Program-made: the position numbers and the translations under genes
Shown: piece after piece, positions 9,822-18,984 of the stretch
Position numbering within the stretch: the first letter of the stretch is position 1
Layout: each line of letters opens with the position of its first letter
NCBI GenBank assembly: GCA_947501605.1
Contig: CANMWZ010000023.1
Location: forward strand, 1 to 64,000
Length of the DNA: 64,000 nucleotides
Direction: 5' to 3'
Origin: Planctomycetota bacterium
GTDB lineage: Bacteria > Planctomycetota > UBA1135 > UBA2386
The notes under the pieces: generated by a model
Seen by the model: only the letters and a program-made list of their open reading frames with translations
What the model was told of the DNA's origin: nothing
Database searches by the model: none

Positions 9822-9850
9822 TCAAGCAGAGGATCACGCGAGTCCGATCT
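9822..9850 (+). promoter_or_regulatory. sigma28-like promoter for the lamin-tail-domain gene
   Basis: TCAAG-N16-TCCGATCT, 25 nt before ATG 9876. Confidence 0.45.
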
Positions 9851-9875
9851 GGTGCGGAATCCAACGCCGACCCAG

Positions 9876-10967
9876 ATGATGCCGATGATTCGTACAACCG
9901 CCTTGCTCGCACTCGCCTTGTCCGCCGTCAATCTCGACAACCGAGCGCTCGCGCAAGAAGTCATCCTCAGTGAGTTCGGGGTCGGGCCGACGGGTGGCTT
10001 CGTCGAACTGCACAACCGCGGCGCAACCACAGCGGACATCTCGGCCTGGTCGCTATTTCTCGCAACTCCGACTGTGGGCATGCCGCGCACCTACTGGTGG
10101 GGCTTCCGCCCAGCATCGACGATTCCCGCAGGCGGCTTCTTGGTCGTGCGCTGGCTGCAGCCGCTACCCAGCGCGCCGGTGTCGGGCGAAGTGTTCACCG
10201 GCGCAACCAACGCCTACTTCCTGTTCGGGCTCGGCGGCGAAGCTCTGCCGCTGCAGCAGGGCGCGTTGGCGCTGTTCCGTTCGCAATCCAGCGCTTTGAT
10301 GAGCACGCCAAGCATCATCAACGACTGGGTCAGTTGGGGCGGCAACGGACTCTCGCGCGAGGATCTCGCGGTCCAGAATGGCGCCTGGCGCACCGGCAGC
10401 AGAACCCCTTCGCTCAGCAACGGCTGCTCGCTGGCGCGTCATCCCGGGCGCGAGTGGAGCACCACGCCCGATCTCGCGTGGTTCGTCGATACGACGCCAA
10501 CGCCCGGAGCCGCCAACGTCGGCGCCGCGTCCCTGCAGTCGCTCGGATCGCCGTGCACCCCGATCGGCCACCAACTGCTCGGGGCGCCGACGCTCAACGC
10601 GCTGTCACTGCCCGTCCTTGGCAACTCGTCGTTTGGCTTCACGATCGACAACACGACCGGGGTATTCGCCGAGTGGTGCATCCTCGCGCTCACGGCGACG
10701 ACGATGCCCGGTCGCAACGATCTGCTTCCTCCCGCTCCAGGCGGCGAGAGCTGCTACGTGCTGATCGATCCGTCGACGTCCTTCGGCAGTTACTGGCAGC
10801 ACACCTCGCTGCTTCGCACCACGCTGCCGCTGTCACTACAAGGCTTGCCAGCAGCACTCGCAGGCCAGAGCTTCGCCGTGCAGGCGATTGTTCTCGACCT
10901 CTACAGCAGCGCTTGGCCGCCGTACAAAGGCGTGACCAACGCGGTCACCGTGACTCTGGGCAACTGA
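9876..10967 (+). CDS. Secreted lamin-tail-domain (LTD) protein with a C-terminal beta-rich domain
   Basis: Signal peptide, then VILSEF...FVELHNRG..ADISAWSL and PTPGAAN, which are LTD hallmarks. Confidence 0.75.
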   Translation: MMPMIRTTALLALALSAVNLDNRALAQEVILSEFGVGPTGGFVELHNRGATTADISAWSLFLATPTVGMPRTYWWGFRPASTIPAGGFLVVRWLQPLPSAPVSGEVFTGATNAYFLFGLGGEALPLQQGALALFRSQSSALMSTPSIINDWVSWGGNGLSREDLAVQNGAWRTGSRTPSLSNGCSLARHPGREWSTTPDLAWFVDTTPTPGAANVGAASLQSLGSPCTPIGHQLLGAPTLNALSLPVLGNSSFGFTIDNTTGVFAEWCILALTATTMPGRNDLLPPAPGGESCYVLIDPSTSFGSYWQHTSLLRTTLPLSLQGLPAALAGQSFAVQAIVLDLYSSAWPPYKGVTNAVTVTLGN

Positions 10968-11010
10968 GCAAAGCGCGGGCACGGGGGCCGCTGGCCGCCG
11001 GCGCCGGTGC

Positions 11011-11634
11011 TCATTCGTGCGCGGCTTCGCGCTGACGTCGACGGAGCACACGCTCTGGTACTTCGCCCTCGCGCCACACGAACGCGATCGAACTACTGCC
11101 CCACTGGCGGAGATCGACATCGAGATCGTCGTCGAAATCGTCCTCGTCGATCACGCCCGCTTCGAAGTGGAACACGAGGCATCCGCCAGGCGCGAGGCGA
11201 TGCGCCAGCTGACGCGCGCGGTAGATCGACTTGACCGGATCTTCTTCGACCAGAGAGTACGGCGGGTCGAGGAAGACGACGTTGGGAGCAGGTGCGGCGT
11301 CGCCGAGATTCGGCGGTTCCCACGCATCGGCGCGCACCACGATGCCGCGCTCGACAGCGTCGTCGCCGAGCATCTTCAGGTTGCCGCGGAGGATCTCGAG
11401 CGCACGGTTGTTCTTCTCGACGAACACCACCTGCTTGGCGCCGCGCGACAGCGCTTCGATGCCAGTGGCACCCGTGCCGGCGAACTGGTCCCACACCACC
11501 GCATCGACGAGGTCTTCGCCGAGGATGTTGAAGATCGCCGCCTTGACCTGACCGAGGAGCGGCCGCGTACCGAGACCGCGCACGCTGCGCAGCACGCGAC
11601 TGCCATAGACGCCGGCGATGACCTTGAGGCTCAT
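11011..11634 (-). CDS. rsmD: 16S rRNA m2G966 methyltransferase RsmD family
   Basis: LKVIAG..G.R, TRP, DQFAGTGATGIEALSRGA and FLDPPY. Confidence 0.9.
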   Translation of the reverse strand: MSLKVIAGVYGSRVLRSVRGLGTRPLLGQVKAAIFNILGEDLVDAVVWDQFAGTGATGIEALSRGAKQVVFVEKNNRALEILRGNLKMLGDDAVERGIVVRADAWEPPNLGDAAPAPNVVFLDPPYSLVEEDPVKSIYRARQLAHRLAPGGCLVFHFEAGVIDEDDFDDDLDVDLRQWGSSSIAFVWREGEVPERVLRRRQREAAHE

Positions 11635-11749
11635 GAATGGACTCCGCGCAGCGGATGCTGCGTTGGCGCGGTATCCTGTCCAATCGCCGACGCAGGCGCA
11701 ACAGCGCGTCCACGGCAGCCCGCGCGAGCCCCTGCGGGCGAACCTCCAC

Positions 11750-13540
11750 GTGAACCCTAGTTTCCCCCTTCTTGCTATTCGCGTGGCAGACGTCGAGTTT
11801 GCCCTCGAATCCGGGCGCGTCTACCTGCTGGGTAGAGCTGCGCAGTGCGACTTCTGTCCGCCGGGCGGCGATGTCCCCGAAATGGCGCTCACCATTCGCC
11901 TCCACGAGGGCACGGCACTCGTTGCTGCGCCGGGCCAGCAGCAGCCGTTTGCGTTGCGACTCGGGGGCACGGCGCGGCTTGCGGGCATCGAGATCCAGGT
12001 CGTCGCCGATCGCGGGGAAGCGCTGATCCTGCCTCTTCCCGCACCTCAGCGGGCGATGGCTCCGGCCGCGGTCCCCGCCGCTTCTCTGCCCCGGACAACG
12101 CCGGCGGCGAAGAGCCCATCTGCTCCGGTCGCAACCGGAGAACGCACGTTTACGGATCTGCTGGCACACGAACTGCGGCACACGCCCTGGTACGTGCTCT
12201 CACTGCTGCTGCACGCACTGCTGCTGATGGCAGCTTGGTTGTTGCTCGGTTCCCCACCACCACCGCCAGAAGCACCGGCGCGCTACGGTTTCGAAGCCGA
12301 GGCTGCAAGCGACGGCAACGCGCCGCAGGGGCCCGAGGAGATTCCGGTCGAGTTGGAGACGAGCGAGACTCGCGACCTCCAGATCGATCCCGCTCCCGCG
12401 AGCCAAGCAAGCGACGAAGCGAACGATGCACCGCCGGCCGACATGATGCGCGACGAGCCACTGCTGCTGATCGGCGGCGAACGCATCCCGAAGCGAAGCG
12501 GCTCTGGCGCCACGGTTGCGCCATCGGGCGCCACTGGCACCGACGGCGGGGACCCGATCGCGGGTGGCGGCGGCAGCGGCGGCTTTCGCCAAACGGTCTC
12601 CGATCTGCGCAAGAGCGGCCTCGAGATCGTGTTCGTCTTCGACAGCACAGGCTCGATGGGCAGCAGCATCACTGCGACCAAGAGCGGCATCGCCGCCATG
12701 CTCGAGGTCCTGGGCGCACTCGTGCCCGATGCACGTTTCTCCTTGATCACCTATCGCGACAAAGGTGCTGGCGAAGAGTACCTCGTGCGCAGCCTGCCGC
12801 TCTGCCACGACTTCTTCGCTGCCGTCAACTTCATGCAGACGATCGCGGCCGATGGCGGTGGCGACACGCCCGAGGCCGTACTCGCAGGCCTGCGCGAAGC
12901 CGTCGATCAACGATGGACGCCTGGGGCGCGACGCGTGATCGTGCTTGCCGGCGACGCTCCGCCGCACGTGCGCGAACTCCGCGCCCTGCTCGACAGCGTG
13001 CGCCGCTTCAGCAACCTCGCCGGCTCGTCGGTGCACACGCTGCTCACCAATGGCGAACGCAGCGGCGCAGCAGAGTCCTTTGCCAGAATCGCGCAGCTCG
13101 GACACGGCCTGTGCTGTCCGATCGAGGATCAGCAACGCCTCCTGCGCAAGGTGCTCACACTGTCGTTTGGCAACGAGTTCGAACAAGACATCGATGCCGT
13201 GCTGAAGCGCTTTGCTGCCGAACGCGACTCGCCGCCAACCTGGGCCCGGGACCTCGCTCGCCGCGGTGGACCGGATCTGTTGACCGCGCTCGACGTCAAG
13301 TCGGTACCCACGACACTGGTTCATGCGCTCGTGCGCCGGCCATCGCGCGCCGTGCTCTTGGACTTGGTCCAGGCCCTCGCTGGCGACTCGCTGCAGAGCC
13401 CCGCCCGCAACGCCATCGCGCACGTCCTGCGCGAGACTCTGGACCTGCCAGCGGCACCGACCGACCCGGAACGCCCCAAACCGCTCACTCCGACCGAGGC
13501 CGCGGCACTGCGAAAGAAGATCGCGCAGTTGTCCGACTGA
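11750..13540 (+). CDS. FHA-like, single-TM, von Willebrand factor A domain protein (start uncertain)
   Basis: YLLGRAAQCD (FHA-like), TM SLLLHALLL, MIDAS motif FVFDSTGSM, YRD, GGGDTPEA and GDAPPH. Confidence 0.75.
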   Translation: MNPSFPLLAIRVADVEFALESGRVYLLGRAAQCDFCPPGGDVPEMALTIRLHEGTALVAAPGQQQPFALRLGGTARLAGIEIQVVADRGEALILPLPAPQRAMAPAAVPAASLPRTTPAAKSPSAPVATGERTFTDLLAHELRHTPWYVLSLLLHALLLMAAWLLLGSPPPPPEAPARYGFEAEAASDGNAPQGPEEIPVELETSETRDLQIDPAPASQASDEANDAPPADMMRDEPLLLIGGERIPKRSGSGATVAPSGATGTDGGDPIAGGGGSGGFRQTVSDLRKSGLEIVFVFDSTGSMGSSITATKSGIAAMLEVLGALVPDARFSLITYRDKGAGEEYLVRSLPLCHDFFAAVNFMQTIAADGGGDTPEAVLAGLREAVDQRWTPGARRVIVLAGDAPPHVRELRALLDSVRRFSNLAGSSVHTLLTNGERSGAAESFARIAQLGHGLCCPIEDQQRLLRKVLTLSFGNEFEQDIDAVLKRFAAERDSPPTWARDLARRGGPDLLTALDVKSVPTTLVHALVRRPSRAVLLDLVQALAGDSLQSPARNAIAHVLRETLDLPAAPTDPERPKPLTPTEAAALRKKIAQLSD

Positions 13541-13586
13541 TCGCGCCCCCGCTTGTGCTTTGCGAGGGCTCACCTACTCTGCCGAG

Positions 13587-14606
13587 GTGCCCCTGTTGGA
13601 CGCGTTCGCCCGCCCGCTAGAGAACCTGCGCTTGTCGGTCACCGACCGCTGCAATCTGCGGTGTCAGTACTGCATGCCGGAGAAGGAGTACTCCTGGCTG
13701 CCGCAACCGAGTGTGCTGACCTTCGAAGAGATCGAGCGCGTGCTCGGGATCTTCCTGCGCCTCGGCGTCAAGAAGGTCCGCCTGACTGGCGGCGAACCGC
13801 TGCTGCGCCGCGACCTCGAAGTGTTGGTCGCCATGGTCGCCAGGCAAACGGGCCTGCGGGAACTGGCGATGACGACCAATGGCGTACTGCTCGCCGACAA
13901 GGCTGAGCTCCTGCGCAAGGCCGGCCTGCAGCGCTTGACCGTCAGCCTCGACACGCTCGACGCCGCGACCTTCCGTCTGCTGGCACGTCGCGACGACCTC
14001 GACAAGGTCATCGGCGGCATCGACGCTGCACGCGCAGCCGGCTTCGTCGATCTCAAGCTCGACACCGTCGCTATTGCTGGCGTCAACGATCACGAAGTGC
14101 CGGCACTGCTCGCGTTCGCCAAGGAGCGCTCGGCGGAGATCCGCTTCATCGAGTACATGGATGTCGGCGGCGCGACGCAGTGGAAGCCAGAGTCGGTGGT
14201 GTCGCGAGCGCAGCTGCTGGCCTCGATCGAACGCGTTCACGGCACCGTGACGCCGATGCCGCGCGACAGCGCTCCTGCCGAACGCTTCTCACTTCCCGAC
14301 GGAACCGTGTTCGGCGTGATCGCATCGGTGACGCAGCCCTTCTGCGCGACCTGCGACCGCAGTCGATTGACCGCCGACGGCATGTGGCTCAAGTGCCTCT
14401 ACGCCACGACGGGCACGGACCTGCGCGGCTTGCTGAGAACCGGCGTAAGCGACGCCGAGATCGCCGGGGTCATCACCACAGAATGGCACGCACGGCGCGA
14501 TCGCGGCGCGGAAGTGCGCGCCGGCATTGTCGATCGCAAGCCGCTGGTCGAGCGCGATGAGTTGCGGGCCACGCCACATCTCGAGATGCACACGCGCGGC
14601 GGCTGA
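13587..14606 (+). CDS. moaA: GTP 3',8-cyclase MoaA
   Basis: LRLSVTDRCNLRCQYCMP radical SAM motif, TGGEPL, FCATCDRSRLT and C-terminal GG. Confidence 0.95.
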   Translation: MPLLDAFARPLENLRLSVTDRCNLRCQYCMPEKEYSWLPQPSVLTFEEIERVLGIFLRLGVKKVRLTGGEPLLRRDLEVLVAMVARQTGLRELAMTTNGVLLADKAELLRKAGLQRLTVSLDTLDAATFRLLARRDDLDKVIGGIDAARAAGFVDLKLDTVAIAGVNDHEVPALLAFAKERSAEIRFIEYMDVGGATQWKPESVVSRAQLLASIERVHGTVTPMPRDSAPAERFSLPDGTVFGVIASVTQPFCATCDRSRLTADGMWLKCLYATTGTDLRGLLRTGVSDAEIAGVITTEWHARRDRGAEVRAGIVDRKPLVERDELRATPHLEMHTRGG

Positions 14607-14702
14607 GTTCGCCTCGCTCACAGCTCATCTGGAAGACCACTTCTGCCTGCGAGCTCGCCAGCAGGGCCGGCGACAGCGGTGGCCAACTTCGCAGTCACCC
14701 CG

Positions 14703-15518
14703 CTAAACTTCGCGCCAACGGAAGCGGTCGGCGAGGGCGTGACAGCACCACACCGACCCCGCGATCAGGGCGCCAGGGAAGACCCAAAGGTGCCAAACCC
14801 AAAGATGCGCGTCGGCCTTGCCTTGTGCGAGCACCGAACCCCACGACCCCGCTTGCACTCCCGGGCCGATGCCGAGAAACGACAGGGTCGATTCGGCCAC
14901 GATGGCGTGGGCCATGCAGAACGCAGCCACCACCGCTGCCTGACCACGCAACGATGGCCACAGGTGGCCACGAAACAGGGCAAACCCGCGAACTCCGAGG
15001 TCGCGTGCCGTGGCCACGAACTCGCGTTCGCGCAGCGACAGCAACTCGCCGCGCACCGACCGGGCAAAGCTGGGCCACATCGTCGCGGCAAACGCGGCGA
15101 CCACTGCCATCGGCGAACTGCCAAAGCACGCACCGATGGCCAGCAGCAGCAGGAGCGTCGGAAAACAAACAAAGACCTCGATCGCCTGGAGCACGATGCG
15201 GTCCACGACGCCGCGTCGCATGCCCGCGAGCGCACCGAGCGCAATGCCGATCGCAGCCGCCAGCGCGACACCGACGAGGCTCGTGCCGATCGTGCTGCGC
15301 GCCCCGTTGATGAGTCGCGCGAGCACGCAGCGGCCGGTGTCGTCGGTGCCAAAGGGGTGAGCCCACGACGGACCTTCGCGCATGTGGTCGAGATCGGTGG
15401 CCGACGGACTGGTCGGCCACAGCGGGCCAAAGACCGTCACCAGCAACAGCACGCAAGCGATGACCACCGGCCACCGCGAGCGACGCCGGGCGCCGTCGAA
15501 GCCAAGAAGTGCACTCAT
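14703..15518 (-). CDS. Peptide ABC transporter permease (DppC/OppC-like)
   Basis: HPFGTDDTGR, ARSVRGELLSLREREFV, AESTLSFLGIG and SWG. Confidence 0.88.
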   Translation of the reverse strand: MSALLGFDGARRRSRWPVVIACVLLLVTVFGPLWPTSPSATDLDHMREGPSWAHPFGTDDTGRCVLARLINGARSTIGTSLVGVALAAAIGIALGALAGMRRGVVDRIVLQAIEVFVCFPTLLLLLAIGACFGSSPMAVVAAFAATMWPSFARSVRGELLSLREREFVATARDLGVRGFALFRGHLWPSLRGQAAVVAAFCMAHAIVAESTLSFLGIGPGVQAGSWGSVLAQGKADAHLWVWHLWVFPGALIAGSVWCCHALADRFRWREV

Positions 15519-16531
15519 GCCGCGAGGCGCACACGCGGATCGACCGCACGGTGCAACAGGTCCGACAGCACAAACCCGGCGAGCGTCGTCGCCGACATTC
15601 CCAATGTGACCGCCATGACCATCGCATGATCCTGGCTCTGCACCGCTGCCCACGCGAGCCGGCCAACACCTTCGATCGAGAACACCGTCTCGACGACGAT
15701 CGAGCCAGCGACCAGCATCGGCAGCAAGCTCCCGGTCAACGTGGCCAGCGGCGAAAGCGCCGCGCGCAGGACTCTTCGGCGGCGCTGCGCCGGCTCGAAA
15801 CCCCAGGCCTCCAGGTTCTGCGCAAACGGCATCGCCGAGGTCCGCGCCACCGATTCTCGCAGGAAGCGCACGATCAGGAGTATCGGCCCGATCGCCATCA
15901 CGACGACCGGCAGTACCAGATGGTGCGCTCGGTCGAGCAGGGCCGCGAGCCACCCACTCGCCTCGCCGTCGCTCATCAGTCCACTGGCAGGAAACCAATC
16001 GAACACCGGCCCCGCAAACCACAGCAGCAACAACGTCGCCACCAGCACGTCGGGCAACCCGGCGACCACGAACATCGTCCCGCTCGCCATGCGATCAGCG
16101 CGCGAACCCGTGCGCATGCCGAGCCACGCGCCGAGTGGAATGCCGATGGCCAGCGCCAGCACCAGCGCCAATGAGCCGAGCAGCAGGGACACCGGCACAG
16201 CGCGCAGCAACCGCGCCTGCCACTCGACCGGATCTTCGCCCGGCCCGCAGAATCGGAACCGCGCCGCGTTGGACAGCCACGTGCCGTAACGCCGAATCAC
16301 CGGCACGGGCTGCAGTGTCACGGCATCGACCAACCCGTACCGAATGCGCAACCGCGCGAGCGCAACGTCCCGATCGGAACCCGCCGATGACTCGACGTGT
16401 TCGGTGCGCTTCGCCACTTCGAGGGCGGCGCGGTCGATCGGCGCGAGATCCAGCACGAGGAACGTCACGAACGTGACGCCCAGCAGACTCACGCAAGCCC
16501 ACAGGATTCGTAGCAACGACCAACGCAGCAT
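15515..16531 (-). CDS. Peptide ABC transporter permease (DppB/OppB-like)
   Basis: HLVLPV, GSIVVETVFSIEGVG and terminal DLLHRAVDPRVR. Confidence 0.88.
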   Translation of the reverse strand: MLRWSLLRILWACVSLLGVTFVTFLVLDLAPIDRAALEVAKRTEHVESSAGSDRDVALARLRIRYGLVDAVTLQPVPVIRRYGTWLSNAARFRFCGPGEDPVEWQARLLRAVPVSLLLGSLALVLALAIGIPLGAWLGMRTGSRADRMASGTMFVVAGLPDVLVATLLLLWFAGPVFDWFPASGLMSDGEASGWLAALLDRAHHLVLPVVVMAIGPILLIVRFLRESVARTSAMPFAQNLEAWGFEPAQRRRRVLRAALSPLATLTGSLLPMLVAGSIVVETVFSIEGVGRLAWAAVQSQDHAMVMAVTLGMSATTLAGFVLSDLLHRAVDPRVRLAA

Positions 16532-16533
16532 GG

Positions 16534-17367
16534 TCAGCGTGCGTCTTCCTCGGTCGAAGGCAAGGCGGCAAGCCCAGGACCTTCGACGATGACGGCGACG
16601 ATCGCGATCCTGGTCTCTTCCCACGCGGCCCAGGGATCGCGCCCACGGTGATACTCCAGTGTCAGTATGGGCACGTTCAACGTGCGTCCGACCCAACTCC
16701 CGAGCGACCCCGGTGTCGGCGACATGTCCCCGGAATCGCGCACGGGATAGCCGCTGCGTGCAGCGAACAACGCGGCGCTCGCCGCCGCCGCCGCCGGCCC
16801 GTCGTAGTTGATGAAGTGATCGTCGCGCCAACTGTGCGCCACGATCACGAGGTCGAAGTTGCCATCCAGAATCAGATCGTGCACGACGCGCGACTCGGGT
16901 TGGCTCAGTGGCTTGATGCCGAAGGCGCGCACTGGCTTGAAGTTCTTCGCCGGGTAGTTGCGATTGAGATCGACGCCGTTGGCGTTGCCGCGGGTCTTCA
17001 TCGCCGTGCCGTCGGGATTGGCGTCTTCCAGAATGGTCAACGTCACACGGTCCACAGCCCCTGGCACGCCGACGAACGCCGTTGGCAGTTCCTCGGTTGC
17101 GACTCGTCCTTCGCGCTCGTCACCATGGATGCCCCCGATCCACAACACGCGCCGCGGCCCGTGCCCGATCGAAGCGACGCGCAATGGGCGACCCTTCACG
17201 CTGGTCCCCAAGGCGCGCCACGCAAGCTCAGGGCGCGGCATCGGCGCGGTCGCATCGACCGCAGTGCGGAGTCTCTCGGCCTCGGCTCGCCGCTTCTGGG
17301 AGTAGGTCGGGGCGCAACCAGCGCAGGCTGCGAGCGCGAGCGCGAGCCCGAAACGAGACCAATGCAT
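16534..17367 (-). CDS. mpaA: M14 zinc peptidase, murein tripeptide amidase MpaA-like, predicted lipoprotein
   Basis: GTSVKGRP, IHGDE, NPDG, NANGVDLNRNYP, SQPES, HSW, TPGSLGSW and LTLE. Lipobox-like LAACAGC at the N-terminus. Confidence 0.75.
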   Translation of the reverse strand: MHWSRFGLALALAACAGCAPTYSQKRRAEAERLRTAVDATAPMPRPELAWRALGTSVKGRPLRVASIGHGPRRVLWIGGIHGDEREGRVATEELPTAFVGVPGAVDRVTLTILEDANPDGTAMKTRGNANGVDLNRNYPAKNFKPVRAFGIKPLSQPESRVVHDLILDGNFDLVIVAHSWRDDHFINYDGPAAAAASAALFAARSGYPVRDSGDMSPTPGSLGSWVGRTLNVPILTLEYHRGRDPWAAWEETRIAIVAVIVEGPGLAALPSTEEDAR

Positions 17368-17422
17368 GGCGCGGAGGATATCGCGCTGCGGACTCCGCTC
17401 CATTCCTTCCGATGCAAGGTTG

Positions 17423-17866
17423 ATGCGCAGCCTGCTCGAACCACCGACCGCGACCACTACGCAACCGAGCCGCGCCGCCGCGGAACGGGCAACGGTGGAC
17501 ACCGCGGCGATGGACCGCGCGATCGACCGAACAGTGCACGCAGCGACGCTGGCCACCCGCATCGCGGTCTATGCGATCTCGGCAACCGCGCTCCGAGCGG
17601 CGGCCTTCGGCCCGCACCTGCTGCTCGGCCTGTTGATCGGCGATTTTCTCGGCACCGTGGCACTCGCGACCAAGAGTTGGCGCCATGCCCCGGCAGCGGC
17701 TGCTGCCGAGCTGAGCCTGCTGGTCGTGCTGCTTGGCCTCGCCGCCTGGCAGTGGGACACGGCCACGACGCCGGAGTTGCGGGCCTTGCTCACTCTGACT
17801 GCGTTCGCGGCGCTCGCAGCTCGCGTCGGCTGGGCCTTCGGCAACCGCGACGATCGCCTGCTCTGA
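17423..17866 (+). CDS. Hypothetical membrane protein
   Basis: Fills the gap between flanking genes and has about 4 hydrophobic segments. Confidence 0.55.
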   Translation: MRSLLEPPTATTTQPSRAAAERATVDTAAMDRAIDRTVHAATLATRIAVYAISATALRAAAFGPHLLLGLLIGDFLGTVALATKSWRHAPAAAAAELSLLVVLLGLAAWQWDTATTPELRALLTLTAFAALAARVGWAFGNRDDRLL

Positions 17867-17929
17867 ACGACCGGCCCTGCGGCCCGGCTGGTTCCGTGGA
17901 TCGGCCGGCGCAGCAGCACCACTTCTGCT

Positions 17930-18937
17930 TCAGAAGCCGAACCGGCACGGGTCGTCCGGGTCGATCACGAACGTCTGCAGCCCGGTCACGAACGCACTGC
18001 CCTCGACCTCGGGCACGATTGCAGTGAACTTGCCTACCGCCACCTCGCGAACGGCCCGGGCGCGAAAGGCGGTGCCGAGCACGCTCTCCGACCGCATCCA
18101 TTCGCCGACGTCCAATTCGCCCTTGGCACACAGCACCCCAAGCTTGGCCGAGGTCCCCGTGCCGCACGGCGAGCGGTCATAGGCAGCGCCCGGGCACAGC
18201 GTCAGCGAACGCGAACCCTTGCCGTCCTTGCCGTCGAGTTCGACGAACAGCTTCACGTGATCGACAACTTCGTCGACGCCTCGGTCTGGGTGCACCCCAT
18301 AGACGCCGTGTTGCGTCAACGCGGTGCGCACCGCCATTGCTGCTGGCATCAACTGCGCGAGATTCTGGCGTTCCACGCGCAGGCCCAGTTGCTCGGCTTC
18401 GACGAACGCAAACCAGTTGCCGCCCCAGGCAATGTCCGCCGCGATCTTGCCGAAGCCTTCGACCATGACGATCGCGCGCTGCCGGTAGAGAAAGGACGGC
18501 ACGTTGGTGATCGTCACATTGCGGACCTTGCCTGCGGCCACGTGGACCTTGCACTGCACGACCCCGACCGCGGTATCCAGGGTCACCAGCGTCTCTGGCT
18601 CTTGCCTTTCGACCATGCCCATGGCGACCGCGACCGTCGCCACGCCGATCGCACCGTGCCCGCACATGCCGAGATAGCCGACGTCGTTGGCGAAAATCAC
18701 GCCGAGGTGCGCGCTCGGATCACACGGCGGCAGCAGAAAGGCCGCGACCATCGCCTCGTGGCCGCGCGGCTCCAGCACGAGGGCTCGTCGCAGCCAGTCG
18801 AGTTCGCGCTGCATCGTGGCGCGCTTCTCGACCATCGTCTCACCACGGACGATAGGCAACCCGCCGGTGATGATGCGCGTCGGCTCGCCAGCAGTGTGCG
18901 AGTCGACGGCAGTGATCGCGTTCTGGAACTGCAACAT
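17930..18937 (-). CDS. Proline racemase / hydroxyproline epimerase family
   Basis: DSHTAGEPTR, EPRGH, MCGHG and DRSPCGTGTSA; both catalytic Cys present. Confidence 0.92.
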   Translation of the reverse strand: MLQFQNAITAVDSHTAGEPTRIITGGLPIVRGETMVEKRATMQRELDWLRRALVLEPRGHEAMVAAFLLPPCDPSAHLGVIFANDVGYLGMCGHGAIGVATVAVAMGMVERQEPETLVTLDTAVGVVQCKVHVAAGKVRNVTITNVPSFLYRQRAIVMVEGFGKIAADIAWGGNWFAFVEAEQLGLRVERQNLAQLMPAAMAVRTALTQHGVYGVHPDRGVDEVVDHVKLFVELDGKDGKGSRSLTLCPGAAYDRSPCGTGTSAKLGVLCAKGELDVGEWMRSESVLGTAFRARAVREVAVGKFTAIVPEVEGSAFVTGLQTFVIDPDDPCRFGF

Positions 18938-18984
18938 CGCGGCGCATCATGCCGTCGGAGGCAGCTCGGCGCACGATGACGCCC

